A program made the translations under genes and the position numbers. 64,000 nt of DNA from the NCBI GenBank assembly GCA_963695645.1, contig CAVOHC010000004.1, forward strand, positions 150,948 to 214,947. Direction: 5' to 3'. Below are positions 45,215 to 54,676 of the stretch, one piece after another. This DNA comes from an uncultured Actinomycetota bacterium. GTDB taxonomy: Bacteria; Actinomycetota; Actinomycetes; Streptosporangiales; Streptosporangiaceae. Every line of letters begins with the position of its first letter. Position 1 is the first letter of the stretch. The notes under the pieces were generated by a model that had not been told where the DNA came from, made no database searches, and worked only from the letters and a program-made list of their open reading frames with translations.

Positions 45215-46305
45215 CAGCTGCAGTTGTCCAGGTCCTCGATGGCCCTTTCGAGCTGACGAAACTGGACCTGGACCAGCCGGGTCCGGGGGAGGTACTGGTA
45301 CGGATTGCCGGGACGGGCATCTGCCATACCGACGGCCTGGCCCGGCATGGCGACCTTCCATTCCCGCTTCCCGGGGTTCTCGGGCACGAGGGCGCCGGCA
45401 CGGTCGCCGCCGTCGGCGCCGGCGTCACGGAGTTCTCCGAAGGGGATCGGGTTGTCATCGGCTGGCCGTCCTGCGGTGTGTGCCGCAACTGTCGTGCGGG
45501 TGAACCTCGCTACTGCAGCCGTCTTGGCGAAGCGCTTGCCGGTGGCCGGCGCCTGGACGGTGCGTCAGCGCTGAAGCGGCCGGACGGCTCCATTGTGTCC
45601 AGCCACTTCTTCGGCCAGTCCTCGTTCGCGACCTTCGCTCTGACCACCGCCACGGCGCTCGTCCCTGTGCCGGATGGATTGCCACTGGAGCTGATGGGGC
45701 CGCTGGCTTGCGGGATCTCCACGGGTGCCGGCGCTGTCTTCAACACCGCTCGCCCCGATCCGGGGGCGCAACTGGCGGTGTTCGGGGCCGGCACCGTCGG
45801 CCTGGCCGCGGTGATGGCCGCCCGTAACTCGCCCGCGACTCGCATCATCGCCGTTGACCGGCACGAGTCGCGGCTGCGAATGGCGCGCGAGCTCGGCGCC
45901 ACCGACATCGTCAACGTGACCGAGGATGAGCCGGTGCAGGCAGTTACGGACATCTGCGGCGGACCGGCGGACTTCGCGCTGGAATGCACAGGTGTGATCA
46001 GCGTCGTCCGCCAGGCTGCGGACACGGTGGGGATGCTCGGAACATGCATCCTTATCGGCGGCGCTCCCGCTGGTGCCGAGTTTTGCCTGGATCACATTTC
46101 TACCTTATGGGGCAAGCGCATCGTCGGGGTGCTCGGCGGCAGCGGCCGCAGCCAGGAGCTGATCACCGCCATCATGGCCCTCTACGCCCAGGGGCGGTTT
46201 CCCTTCGACCGCCTAGTCGAGTACTTCGACTTCGCCGATATCGTGACCGCACTCGATAGGTCCTATTCCGGCGAGGTCATAAAGCCGATCCTCAGAATGT
46301 CCTGA
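45205..46305 (+). CDS. Zn-dependent aryl/benzyl alcohol dehydrogenase (MDR family)
   Basis: GEVLVRIAGTGICHTDG, PGVLGHEGAGTV, CGVCRNCRAGEPRYC and the Rossmann motif VFGAGTVGLAAV are present. The GTG at 45205 lies 7 nt after aaggag. Confidence 0.85.
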   Translation: MEMTAAVVQVLDGPFELTKLDLDQPGPGEVLVRIAGTGICHTDGLARHGDLPFPLPGVLGHEGAGTVAAVGAGVTEFSEGDRVVIGWPSCGVCRNCRAGEPRYCSRLGEALAGGRRLDGASALKRPDGSIVSSHFFGQSSFATFALTTATALVPVPDGLPLELMGPLACGISTGAGAVFNTARPDPGAQLAVFGAGTVGLAAVMAARNSPATRIIAVDRHESRLRMARELGATDIVNVTEDEPVQAVTDICGGPADFALECTGVISVVRQAADTVGMLGTCILIGGAPAGAEFCLDHISTLWGKRIVGVLGGSGRSQELITAIMALYAQGRFPFDRLVEYFDFADIVTALDRSYSGEVIKPILRMS

Positions 46306-46450
46306 CGGTATGCGGACCGCACGGGACCGAGCCGAAAGGGCTGACGCCCTTCAACGGGCCCGCACCTGGGAACCGAGCCCGTTATGGGACCCGTCCAGCA
46401 GAGATCGGCGATCACGATAAGCCATTCAGGGGCGAAGCGTCTGGGCCCAG

Positions 46451-47350
46451 TCAGATCACGTCGCGCCGCTTGGTCAGGGCGATTCCGCCAGCGACGAGAG
46501 CCGCTGTGTATCCGATCATGATGACCCCGCCGACCCACCCGGGCGGGGCGTACGGGAATGCCTGCCCGGAGGTGGTCATGACCTCTGAGGCGACCGCGGG
46601 GCCGATGACCGGCGCCCCGAGCATCCAGCCCTGGTGGAAGAAGTTGTAGAGCGCGGTAAAGACGAGTTCGGTGCCGAAACTGCCCGCGTACACGGCTATC
46701 GCGCCGATGACGGAGACGATTTGGCTGCGCAGCACCGCGCCGAGACCGAGCCCGAAGACGCCCCAGGCGACGAACGCGAGCAAGTTCAGCAGCACCGAAC
46801 GGGCCACGATCCATCCGGCTAGTGACGTGCTGACGTGCTGGCTGTACAGGAACAGCGGCGTGGCCACCGCGGCGATGACCGTTCCCACCAGCCAGAACAG
46901 CGCTCCGCAGCAGGCCGCGGCGGCCAGCTTGGCCGTGATGACCGTGGTCCGGCGCGGAACGGTCACGAACGTCACGGCCGCCGTCTGGTTCGCGAACTCA
47001 CTCGTCACGACCAGCACGCCGAGGAGCAGCGCGAACAGGACGCCGATGCGCTGCCCCGAGGTCATCATGCTGGCGGTGATCGCGGCCACGCCCGCGGGAG
47101 TGTGGGCTTGCGCCGCCTGCGCGAGGGCCTGCGCCCGGTTGCCGAGGCCCTGCTGCGGGTGAAGCTGATAGTGACTGCCGAAGGCGTTAATCGTCAGCGC
47201 CATCGCCGTGAACACGATGAAGCCGGCGCTGAAGAGCCACCCGGTGCTCGTGGTGCGGATCTTCATGAACTCGGCCCTGATCAGGCGAATCAGGGTGGTC
47301 CCGGTGTCGTCAGCCTGGTCCAGGGCGGGGCTGTCAAGCAGCGCTGTCAC
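46451..47350 (-). CDS. ABC-2-type transporter permease
   Basis: 299 aa with six hydrophobic segments. LIRAEFMKIRTTSTGWLF is an ABC-2 N-terminal pattern. Its GTGA overlaps the upstream ATPase gene. Confidence 0.75.
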   Translation of the reverse strand: MTALLDSPALDQADDTGTTLIRLIRAEFMKIRTTSTGWLFSAGFIVFTAMALTINAFGSHYQLHPQQGLGNRAQALAQAAQAHTPAGVAAITASMMTSGQRIGVLFALLLGVLVVTSEFANQTAAVTFVTVPRRTTVITAKLAAAACCGALFWLVGTVIAAVATPLFLYSQHVSTSLAGWIVARSVLLNLLAFVAWGVFGLGLGAVLRSQIVSVIGAIAVYAGSFGTELVFTALYNFFHQGWMLGAPVIGPAVASEVMTTSGQAFPYAPPGWVGGVIMIGYTAALVAGGIALTKRRDVI

Positions 47351-48411
47351 CGGATCGCCGCCTTTCCCGCGGTGAGCTCGAGGAACGCGGCTTCCAGGTC
47401 AGGGAGCTGCGAGACTAGCTGGTGGATGGCGATGCCCGCCCGCAGCGCGGCGTCGCCGATCGCAACCGCGTCCGCCCCGGTGATGTACGCGTCGCCGTCG
47501 CCGGCCGGCGTTACAACCGCACCGCTGCCGAGCACGGCCGCGAGCTTCTCCAGTTCGGGAGTGCGCACCAGGGTACGGCTCAGGTATGTCATTGAACCGA
47601 TCACTGACGCCACCGTTCCCTGGGCGGCCAGCTGTCCGGCCGCCAGGATGACGAGGTCGTCTGCGAGCTGTTCCATTTCGCCGAGCAGGTGGCTGGACAC
47701 CAGGATCGTCCGGCCCTGCGTGGCCAGGGTCCTGAGCAGGTCGCGCATCCACCGGATGCCCTCCGGGTCCAGCCCGTTGGCCGGCTCGTCGAGGATCAGC
47801 ACCTGCGGGTCCCCGAGCAGCGCCGCCGCGACGCCGAGACGCTGGCGCATGCCGAGGGAGTAGCCCCGGAACGTCCGGTTACCGGCTGCGGTGAGCCCGA
47901 CAAGCTCAAGCACCTCGTCCGCCCGCGCCAGCGAGATGCCCGCGGACTGGCAGACAATACGCAAGTGATCGCGCCCGGTGCGGTCCTTATGCGCCGCGCC
48001 CGCCTCGAGGACCGCGCCAACGCGCCGGATCGGCTGATCCAGGTCGGCATAGCGGACGCCGCCGATGGTGGCCGTTCCCGCGGTCGGCTCGACCAGATCG
48101 AGCAGCATCCGCAATGTCGTCGTCTTCCCCGCACCGTTCGGGCCGAGGAACCCGGTAACCCGGCCCGGTTCTACGGTGAACGACAAGTCGTCGACGGCCC
48201 TGACGCCGTGGTATTCCTTCGTCAGCCCGCAGACATCGATCCGTCCCTGGGAAAGCAGCGCGGGCGAGACCCGCTTTCCGCCGAGCGGCCGGCCAGGGAA
48301 ACCCGGCCCCGCGCCGTCCGTGCGCGCGCGGTCCGTGCGCGTGCCGCCGCGACCAAGCCGCGCCAGCCACACCAGGCCGCCGACCACGACGACCGCGAGC
48401 AGGACAACCAT
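47347..48411 (-). CDS. ABC transporter ATP-binding protein with an N-terminal TM-helix extension
   Basis: The ATG at 48411 follows ggagagg. MVVLLAVVVVGGLVWLARLG is followed by a linker and the nucleotide-binding domain: GFLGPNGAGKTTTL (Walker A), YSLGMRQRLG (signature) and LILDEPANGLD (Walker B). Confidence 0.85.
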   Translation of the reverse strand: MVVLLAVVVVGGLVWLARLGRGGTRTDRARTDGAGPGFPGRPLGGKRVSPALLSQGRIDVCGLTKEYHGVRAVDDLSFTVEPGRVTGFLGPNGAGKTTTLRMLLDLVEPTAGTATIGGVRYADLDQPIRRVGAVLEAGAAHKDRTGRDHLRIVCQSAGISLARADEVLELVGLTAAGNRTFRGYSLGMRQRLGVAAALLGDPQVLILDEPANGLDPEGIRWMRDLLRTLATQGRTILVSSHLLGEMEQLADDLVILAAGQLAAQGTVASVIGSMTYLSRTLVRTPELEKLAAVLGSGAVVTPAGDGDAYITGADAVAIGDAALRAGIAIHQLVSQLPDLEAAFLELTAGKAAIR

Positions 48412-48773
48412 TTCACCTCTCCAGCCGCGACCGCATTCGCCGCATCGTGGGGGCCGGCTGAGTCGCGGTGGCCGGCGAGCAGCTCTCCGGGCTCTAACGC
48501 TACATAACAAGAGTTAGGGCGAGAAGGGCTTTGGGCGCATCACCCGTACCGGCCTATCCGGTCCCTGGCCCGCCGTCCTGGCCGGCGAGCCACGTTCTAG
48601 GCCATGATGCGATGAGTAGTTTAAGTAGTCACAGATTCTCACCACGCTGCCCCCGGCCAGCTTCACGTTCCGCGGCGTGCGGGGCCTGCGCCGGGCCGGC
48701 AGTCAGCCCACCGCCAGTCTCAGCCGGTTCTGACCGATGCCGTAGGCTCGCGCTTGGTGATCGAGGAGGACGG

Positions 48774-49433
48774 ATGTCTCTGCAGGTGAGGCGCCTGCGC
48801 CTGGCGACGCTGGGGGCCGGCACGGACGAGGAATGGCCGGTGCACGGGTTTCTCGTGACCTACCCCGGCGGAGCGGTCCTAGTTGACACCGGGGTCGGCG
48901 GCCCGCAGCAGGTGCTGGCCGATTGGCGCGTCGTGAACCGCTCGGTCGCCGACGCGCTCGACGAGCACAGCATGACGCCAGGCGACATCGGCCTGGTCAT
49001 CAACACGCACCTGCATTTTGACCACTGCGGGCAGAACGCCGTGTTCAAGCATGCCGCCTTCTACGTCCAGACGGCCGAGCTGGCGCGGGCCCGCCGGGAG
49101 TCACAGCAGCTGGCCGACTGGTTCGATTTCATGGATGCCCGGTTCGAGTTGCTGGACGGCGACGCCGAGATCCTGCCCGGCCTGTCGGTCGTCACGACGC
49201 CGGGTCATACCGTCGGGCATCAGAGCGTCGTGGTGAGCACCGAGAATGGCGCGGAGGTGCTGATCGGCGATGCCGCGTATAGGCCCCGGCAGTATCTGGA
49301 ACCCGATGACGGTGACCTGCCGCCGGGTCAGGCAAGCGATCCGGCCGCATGGCGCGAGTCGGTCGGCCGGGTGCACGCGCTGCGGCCCGACCGGGTGCAC
49401 TTCTGCCACGACACCGGGGTAATCCACTCCTAG
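48774..49433 (+). CDS. MBL-fold hydrolase, N-acyl-homoserine-lactonase-like
   Basis: The ATG at 48774 (M82 of ORF 48531..49433) follows gaggagga. VINTHLHFDHCGQN is the HxHxDH zinc motif, very close to the AiiA-type HLHFDHAG. TPGHTVGHQS follows. Confidence 0.75.
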   Translation: MSLQVRRLRLATLGAGTDEEWPVHGFLVTYPGGAVLVDTGVGGPQQVLADWRVVNRSVADALDEHSMTPGDIGLVINTHLHFDHCGQNAVFKHAAFYVQTAELARARRESQQLADWFDFMDARFELLDGDAEILPGLSVVTTPGHTVGHQSVVVSTENGAEVLIGDAAYRPRQYLEPDDGDLPPGQASDPAAWRESVGRVHALRPDRVHFCHDTGVIHS

Positions 49434-49620
49434 TGCGCATCCGCGCAGCGGACTCGTGGCGGCGCTTCCGCAGTGCGGCCAGCGGAATGGATCCATGAAC
49501 GGCCCGAACGACCTCTTCCCCCGACCTGAGCCATCAGGGCACACCTTCTCAGGCAGCTTCGGTGGTGGTGAAGTTGCTCATCGCTCCGTTTCCTCTTCCG
49601 CCCGTTCTTTCAGGTAGATC

Positions 49621-50061
49621 TCATAGAGTTGCCTGGTCGGCTACGCGGCGAATCCGTAGCAAGAGCGTGGCGGAGGGGGTTACCTTGCCGGAGGTATAGG
49701 TGGACAGCCGCGAGGCGGAGGTCCCGATCCGGGAGGCGAACGCCGCCCGGCTCAGCCCTGAGCGCTTAACAGCCTCCCGGATTTCGCCGGCGACAGCTGC
49801 GCGCTCGCCGGCCGCAGCTCGTTCACGGGCGCGTGACAGCACCGTCTCCATGGCTTCGGCGACGCCATAGGGGCGTGAGTGGCTGAGCACCTCTTCCACC
49901 TGGCGCGCGGTCCTACCCCAGGGATCGGCCCGGACCTCGGCAGTGATCCGGTGCCAGTCGGCGAGGTCACCCCGTTCGAGCGCGGTCTGCACGGCCTCCG
50001 TCGGCCACAGTGAAACGGGAGCGTCGGGGCTGATGGTCAGGTTCCGGAAGGCCAGGGGCAT
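49621..50061 (-). CDS. HTH (XRE-like, C-terminal) protein, putative partner of the upstream nucleotidyltransferase
   Basis: Starts at M22 of ORF 49621..50124. The C-terminal IREAVKRSGLSRAAFASRIGTSASRLSTYTSGKVTPSATLLLRI is HTH-like. The gene begins 4 nt after the upstream gene's stop. Confidence 0.55.
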   Translation of the reverse strand: MPLAFRNLTISPDAPVSLWPTEAVQTALERGDLADWHRITAEVRADPWGRTARQVEEVLSHSRPYGVAEAMETVLSRARERAAAGERAAVAGEIREAVKRSGLSRAAFASRIGTSASRLSTYTSGKVTPSATLLLRIRRVADQATL

Positions 50062-50065
50062 GGGG

Positions 50066-50797
50066 CTACACCTCTGCCTCGAGCATCTCGGCGGCCAGTT
50101 GCCGGCACACCGAGCGCACCTCATCCCAGTCGGTCCAGCGGGGCGCCAGGTTCCGGTACGCGCCGAGTTGCCCCGTCACGGATGAGTCTTTCGGGCGGGG
50201 ATCGGCGAGCTGGCGGACGAGTTGCGCCGCGACGCCCCGGCCGCCGCCGTGCTGGTCCGCGTAGTAGTCATCGATCCTGGCCAGGATTCCCGCCGCTTCA
50301 CGAAGGCCCTGACGATCGGCTAGGGCGGCGACATCCAGGTAGTCACGGGTCTGGTTCCGCCGCACGATCAGGAACCCCTTGATCCGAAGAGCCTCCTCTG
50401 CCGTGGGAACCGTCAGCACGCGTCCCGACGGCAGCCTGACATGCGTGGTCTCCAGCGGCCGGGTACGGATCGTCTGGCGCACGCCGGCCTCGATGTCCCC
50501 CAGCTGCCCCAAGATGAGTTTCCCGGGGACCACCCGGTTGGTCACCCACTCGCCTTCGGATTCAAGGGCCTCGAGCACGACGTCGAAGCGGTTCCGCAGG
50601 TCAGCGAGAACGTGATCATGATCGTAGGAGTCCCTGTGACCCGCATACAGGGCTGCAGCCGACCCCCCCACGAGCACGGCGTCGGGAACCATCTGCTGCA
50701 AACGCGACGCGGACTCCAGCACGGCCAGCAGTTCAGGACTGGCCCCGGAAAGAGAGTCACGGCGCGCTGGCTGCCGGTCCGGAAGACTTCCCGCCAT
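50066..50797 (-). CDS. AbiEii/AbiGii-like nucleotidyltransferase-fold protein (putative toxin)
   Basis: AVLVGGSAAALYAGHRDSYDHDHVL matches the GG(S/T)A...R.S.D.D nucleotidyltransferase signature of the DUF1814/AbiEii family. Length is 243 aa. Confidence 0.55.
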   Translation of the reverse strand: MAGSLPDRQPARRDSLSGASPELLAVLESASRLQQMVPDAVLVGGSAAALYAGHRDSYDHDHVLADLRNRFDVVLEALESEGEWVTNRVVPGKLILGQLGDIEAGVRQTIRTRPLETTHVRLPSGRVLTVPTAEEALRIKGFLIVRRNQTRDYLDVAALADRQGLREAAGILARIDDYYADQHGGGRGVAAQLVRQLADPRPKDSSVTGQLGAYRNLAPRWTDWDEVRSVCRQLAAEMLEAEV

Positions 50798-50848
50798 GAA
50801 ATTGATGATATCAGATGTGATAACTACATGGCGTCACCGAGCGTCGGG

Positions 50849-51367
50849 TCAAAGGGAGGACGACGGCGACGGTCCACGCTGCCGTCGCGATGGTGCTCTG
50901 CCGCCAGGCCTGTGACGTTCATGCGCCCTGCGCCCGGTCCAGACGTACAGGTAGGCCGGGATGGCGAGAATGAGCAGGCCGTCAGTCGCGTGCAGCGCTC
51001 CGAAGATCACGTGGTCGTCGGCCAGTTCGGCCAGCAGGCTCTGCAAGACCACCGTCATCAGCACCAGCAGCACGGCACCGACGATGGCGCGCGCGCCCGG
51101 CCGCGCGATCAGCGTCAGGATCAGGATGATGATCGCCGCCCCGGCCATCGCGAAGCCCAGCATCCGGTGCGGATCCAGCGCCGGGTCACCGGCCCCGTGC
51201 AGGAGCTTGAAGGCGCCCAGGCCGGCCAGGAAGATCTGGACCACTCCGGCGGCCAGGAACACCAGCAGCGCCCAGCGATAGACAGTCAGCATGACGCCGC
51301 CTGGTCGCGCCTTCGCGGCGGCACCGACGTCGTGCTCGCTGGTCACGCTCGTGTTGCTCTCGCTCAT
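50849..51367 (-). CDS. Four-TM membrane protein (DUF6220-like)
   Basis: The ATG at 51367 follows aaggag. VYRWALLVFLAAGVVQIFLAGLGAF...HRMLGFAMAGAAIIILILTLIA matches the pattern. Confidence 0.5.
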   Translation of the reverse strand: MSESNTSVTSEHDVGAAAKARPGGVMLTVYRWALLVFLAAGVVQIFLAGLGAFKLLHGAGDPALDPHRMLGFAMAGAAIIILILTLIARPGARAIVGAVLLVLMTVVLQSLLAELADDHVIFGALHATDGLLILAIPAYLYVWTGRRAHERHRPGGRAPSRRQRGPSPSSSL

Positions 51368-51473
51368 CTCAGCCGCTCCTTCATTTTGTGGGCCGCGGAT
51401 CCCAGTCAGCGCCTGGTACCGCGTGCTTGTCCGGCCCTCCGCGGCGCGGATGTTCCGGACGCTATTCACGTCG

Positions 51474-52082
51474 TCAGGGCGCTCCACGGTGAGCCCTCCA
51501 CCGGGGCCCTCGGCCACCGGTCGAAATGGTGATAGCGAGCACGCACACCGCGAGGACGGTCCACCAGAGGTGGTCCGAGGATGGCCCGCCGGCGCCGGGC
51601 GCCGGGAACGTGCGGAGCCAGCGATCGACCTGCGGCAGGAGGCTGGGCGCCATCAGCACGAGTACGACGGCGGTGGCGGCCGCCGCGCCCGGTTCTCCGG
51701 TCCGTGTCCGGGCCACGCACGCCGCGGCGAATCCGAGCAGCACGTAGCCGGCCAGCGCGAGACCGGCCGCCGCCGAGGGCAGTGCCAGCCCGCGTATGGC
51801 CGCCGCCAGCAGCACCAGCGCGCCGGCGGCGAGCGGCGCCAGCAGCGCCAGGGCGCGGATCCCGGTGCGCCGGGCGGGCCCGGTCGGCGTCACGTCGACG
51901 ACCGCGCTGGCCGGCTCGTCGAGGGTGAACGCCGCGGCGGCGGCGAGCAGCGCGAAGCAGATCGGGAGCAGCGCGGTGGCGGCGGCCGGGAACGCGGCCC
52001 CGCAGCCGCCCACCACGGCTGCCACGCCGGTGACGCCCGCGACCTCCGGCCACGCCCCGGCCCGCAGCACCGCCCCGGTCAT
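51474..52082 (-). CDS. Polytopic membrane protein (last gene of the ECF-sigma/ABC operon)
   Basis: Starts at M102 of ORF 51474..52385. Its ATGA overlaps the upstream gene. The product is Ala/Leu-rich and hydrophobic throughout. Confidence 0.5.
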   Translation of the reverse strand: MTGAVLRAGAWPEVAGVTGVAAVVGGCGAAFPAAATALLPICFALLAAAAAFTLDEPASAVVDVTPTGPARRTGIRALALLAPLAAGALVLLAAAIRGLALPSAAAGLALAGYVLLGFAAACVARTRTGEPGAAAATAVVLVLMAPSLLPQVDRWLRTFPAPGAGGPSSDHLWWTVLAVCVLAITISTGGRGPRWRAHRGAP

Positions 52083-52951
52083 CACGTGGTGACGGCGTGG
52101 GTGAGTCCGCCGGTGCCGGCCAGCACGAGCATGATCGCGGCCGCCGCCAGCGCGATCGTGAGGGCGCGGATGATGCGGGAGCGCGTCCGTCCCTCGGCTC
52201 CGCGCAGGAGCGCCACCAGGACCGCGATCGCGCACAGGGCGAGTTGCCAGCCGATGAAGAACCACGGTGACCCGCGCCAGGTCGTGACGCCGCCGGCGCT
52301 GCTGTGCAGCGTGAAGAGGGCGAACGGCGCGAACAGGCGCAGCACGGCGACGGGCGCCGAGTCCGGATGCACTAGGGTCAGCCACGTCACCAGGTTTATC
52401 CAGACGGACAGGAGCAGGAACAGCACGAGCGCGGCGCCGGGGAAGCGGACCCAGCGGCCCAGCGCGACGCCGAGCAGCGGGCCGCCGAGCGACGGGATGA
52501 CGATCTGCCCGACGAGGACGGCGACCTGCGCCGGCGGGCTGAACGCCCCGTAGACCGGCTCGCTGACCGGGTGGAGATGCAGGAACCAGAGCAGGGTCAG
52601 GCAGCCGCAGCCGAATGGCACGATCGCGACCGTGCAGAGGGCGGCGGTGCGCGCCGGCAGCGTGACCGGGGTGACGCCGGCGACCGGTTCGCTGGCGCGC
52701 ATCGACCGGGTCAGCCAGGACGCGGCCATCATGCCGAGCCCGCCGAAAAGGGTCGCCGCGATCGCGTCCACGCTGTCGATCTCGGTGACCGTGCTTCGCT
52801 GCCCGCTCCAGAGTAGGTAGGCGGTGAGCCCGGCAGCGGCGAGGAAGAGCGGGCTGAGGACGAACCGGCGCGTCTCCCGGGCGGCGAGCGCGGCGAACGT
52901 GGCCCGGCCGGCGGCCGGCTCCGGGCGGGCGGGCGCGAGCGTGGTGGTCAC
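52082..52951 (-). CDS. Polytopic membrane protein, ABC-2 permease-like
   Basis: 289 aa with about six transmembrane segments. It overlaps the upstream ATPase stop (52948-52951). Confidence 0.55.
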   Translation of the reverse strand: MTTTLAPARPEPAAGRATFAALAARETRRFVLSPLFLAAAGLTAYLLWSGQRSTVTEIDSVDAIAATLFGGLGMMAASWLTRSMRASEPVAGVTPVTLPARTAALCTVAIVPFGCGCLTLLWFLHLHPVSEPVYGAFSPPAQVAVLVGQIVIPSLGGPLLGVALGRWVRFPGAALVLFLLLSVWINLVTWLTLVHPDSAPVAVLRLFAPFALFTLHSSAGGVTTWRGSPWFFIGWQLALCAIAVLVALLRGAEGRTRSRIIRALTIALAAAAIMLVLAGTGGLTHAVTT

Positions 52952-53832
52952 GACGCCACCTCCCCGGCCGGCTTGCTGTCCGGCAGCTCGCCGCGCAGCA
53001 GCAGGAGGTACGCGTCTTCGAGGGACGGCTCGACGTGCTCGACGCCGTCCCGCGCGCGGGCGGCGACGTTGCGGTACCGGCCGGTGCCGGTCCGCCAGGA
53101 GACGGCCGCCGCCGGGTCCGGCTGGTCAGCGAGCCAGACCCGGCCCGCGGCCCGGCCGGTCAGGTCGGTGACCGGGCCGTCGTAGCGGACCCGGCCGCCG
53201 TCCAGCACGATCACGCGCTCGCACAGGGCCGCGACGTCCTCGGTCTGGTGGGTGGACAGCACCACGATCGATGTCCGCGCGATCTCCGCGAGCACCGTGC
53301 GCAGCGTGACGCGCTGTTCCGGGTCGACGCCGCTGGCCGGCTCGTCCAGGATCAGCACCGGCGGTGACCCGAGCAGCGCCTGGGCCAGCGCGACCCGCCG
53401 CCGCTGGCCGCCGGACATGGCCCGGATCCGCTTCGCGCCGAGGCCGGGCAGCCCCACCAGGCCGAGCACCCGGCGCACTTCCGCGTGCCGCGCGGCCGGC
53501 TGGGTCCACTCCTTCAGCAGCGCGATGTAGTCCACGAACGCGAACGCGGTGAAGCCGCGCGGGAAACCGATCTCCTGCGGCAGGTAGCCCAGCCGGCGGC
53601 GGATGCCGGTGCGTCCGGCCGGCACCTCCGGATCCAGGCCCAGCACGCGCACCTGCCCGTGGCTGGGCGGCAGCGCGGTGGCCAGCAGCCGCAGCAGCGT
53701 GGTCTTGCCCGCGCCGTTCGGGCCGAGCAGCCCGATCACGCCGGGTTCCAGGTCCAGGTCGACGCCGGCCAGCGCCCGGGTGGCCCCGAACGTGCGCCCG
53801 ACGCCGCGCAGGCTGATCGAAACAGCCGGCAT
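52948..53832 (-). CDS. ABC transporter ATP-binding protein
   Basis: MPAVSISLRGVGRTFG, GLLGPNGAGKTTLL, MSGGQRRRVALAQAL and LILDEPASGVD are present. I prefer the ATG at 53832 because the anti-sigma gene's TAG lies at 53835-53837. Confidence 0.85.
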   Translation of the reverse strand: MPAVSISLRGVGRTFGATRALAGVDLDLEPGVIGLLGPNGAGKTTLLRLLATALPPSHGQVRVLGLDPEVPAGRTGIRRRLGYLPQEIGFPRGFTAFAFVDYIALLKEWTQPAARHAEVRRVLGLVGLPGLGAKRIRAMSGGQRRRVALAQALLGSPPVLILDEPASGVDPEQRVTLRTVLAEIARTSIVVLSTHQTEDVAALCERVIVLDGGRVRYDGPVTDLTGRAAGRVWLADQPDPAAAVSWRTGTGRYRNVAARARDGVEHVEPSLEDAYLLLLRGELPDSKPAGEVAS

Positions 53833-53834
53833 TG

Positions 53835-54676
53835 CTACCTCCACGGCCGGAGCTGGTACAGCCGGCGCCGGCGCACCAGGAAGATGGCGAACGAAGCCGC
53901 CGCCAGCGCCAGGAAGGCCGCCTGGGCCGGGCCTGGAGCACCGCCGCCGGCGAACCGGACCGCGCCGCCAGCAGCCAGATCACCCCAAGCCAGAGGGAGC
54001 TGACCGCGACGGCCGAGCGCAGCGGGCTGACCCAGGTCGACGCGGCCAGCACCACCGCGGCGAAGCCGACCGCCGGCAGCAGCCAGGCGAACGCCGCCTC
54101 ACCCGGCACGACCAGCCCGAACAACAGCACCGCCGGCAACGCGAGCGCGAGAACCGCGATCGTGCGCAGCAAGATCAGCCGGAGCGCCGGGTAGGGCGTG
54201 ACCATCTCCGGCTCGAGCGCCGGGTCCATCCGCGGGTCGTAGCTGGACGCGACCACCAGGCACGGCACGACCGGCGCCACGGCCAGGAACAGCCACTCCC
54301 CGCGGGCATGCCCGGCCGCCGCCGCCAGCGCGGCGAACGCGAGGACCGCGGCCACCCCGGCCAGCCACACACCGCGGAACGCGCTAGCCACCGCGACCAG
54401 CCGCGCCTCGTGAGCAGGCAGGCCCGCGACCCGCAGCAGCCGCTCGAACACCGACGGCCGCGGCACTTCCACGGCGTCCCGCATGCGGTCCCACACCGCG
54501 GCGAGGTCGATCACCCCGGCCGCGGCGAGGTCGATCACGCCGGCCGCGGCGCTGACCCGCGCCCGGCACTGCCCGCACGACAGCAGGTGCTGCTCGGCCG
54601 AGGCCCCTTCGGCCAGCGAATCGGTCCGCTCGACGTAACGCCGCAGCATGCCGTCGTCCAGATGCCAGCCGGTCAT
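53835..54676 (-). pseudogene. Membrane anti-sigma factor (zf-HC2 type) with a frame break near 53922-53935
   Basis: The ATG at 54676 overlaps the sigma gene stop (ATGA). The N-terminus MTGWHLDDGMLRRYVERTD...HLLSCGQCRARV is followed by transmembrane helices. The natural C-terminus AQAAFLALAAASFAIFLVRRRRLYQLRPWR-TAG is in the adjacent frame. The track ORF 53126..55090 runs on in the wrong frame across the ATPase gene. Confidence 0.65.
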
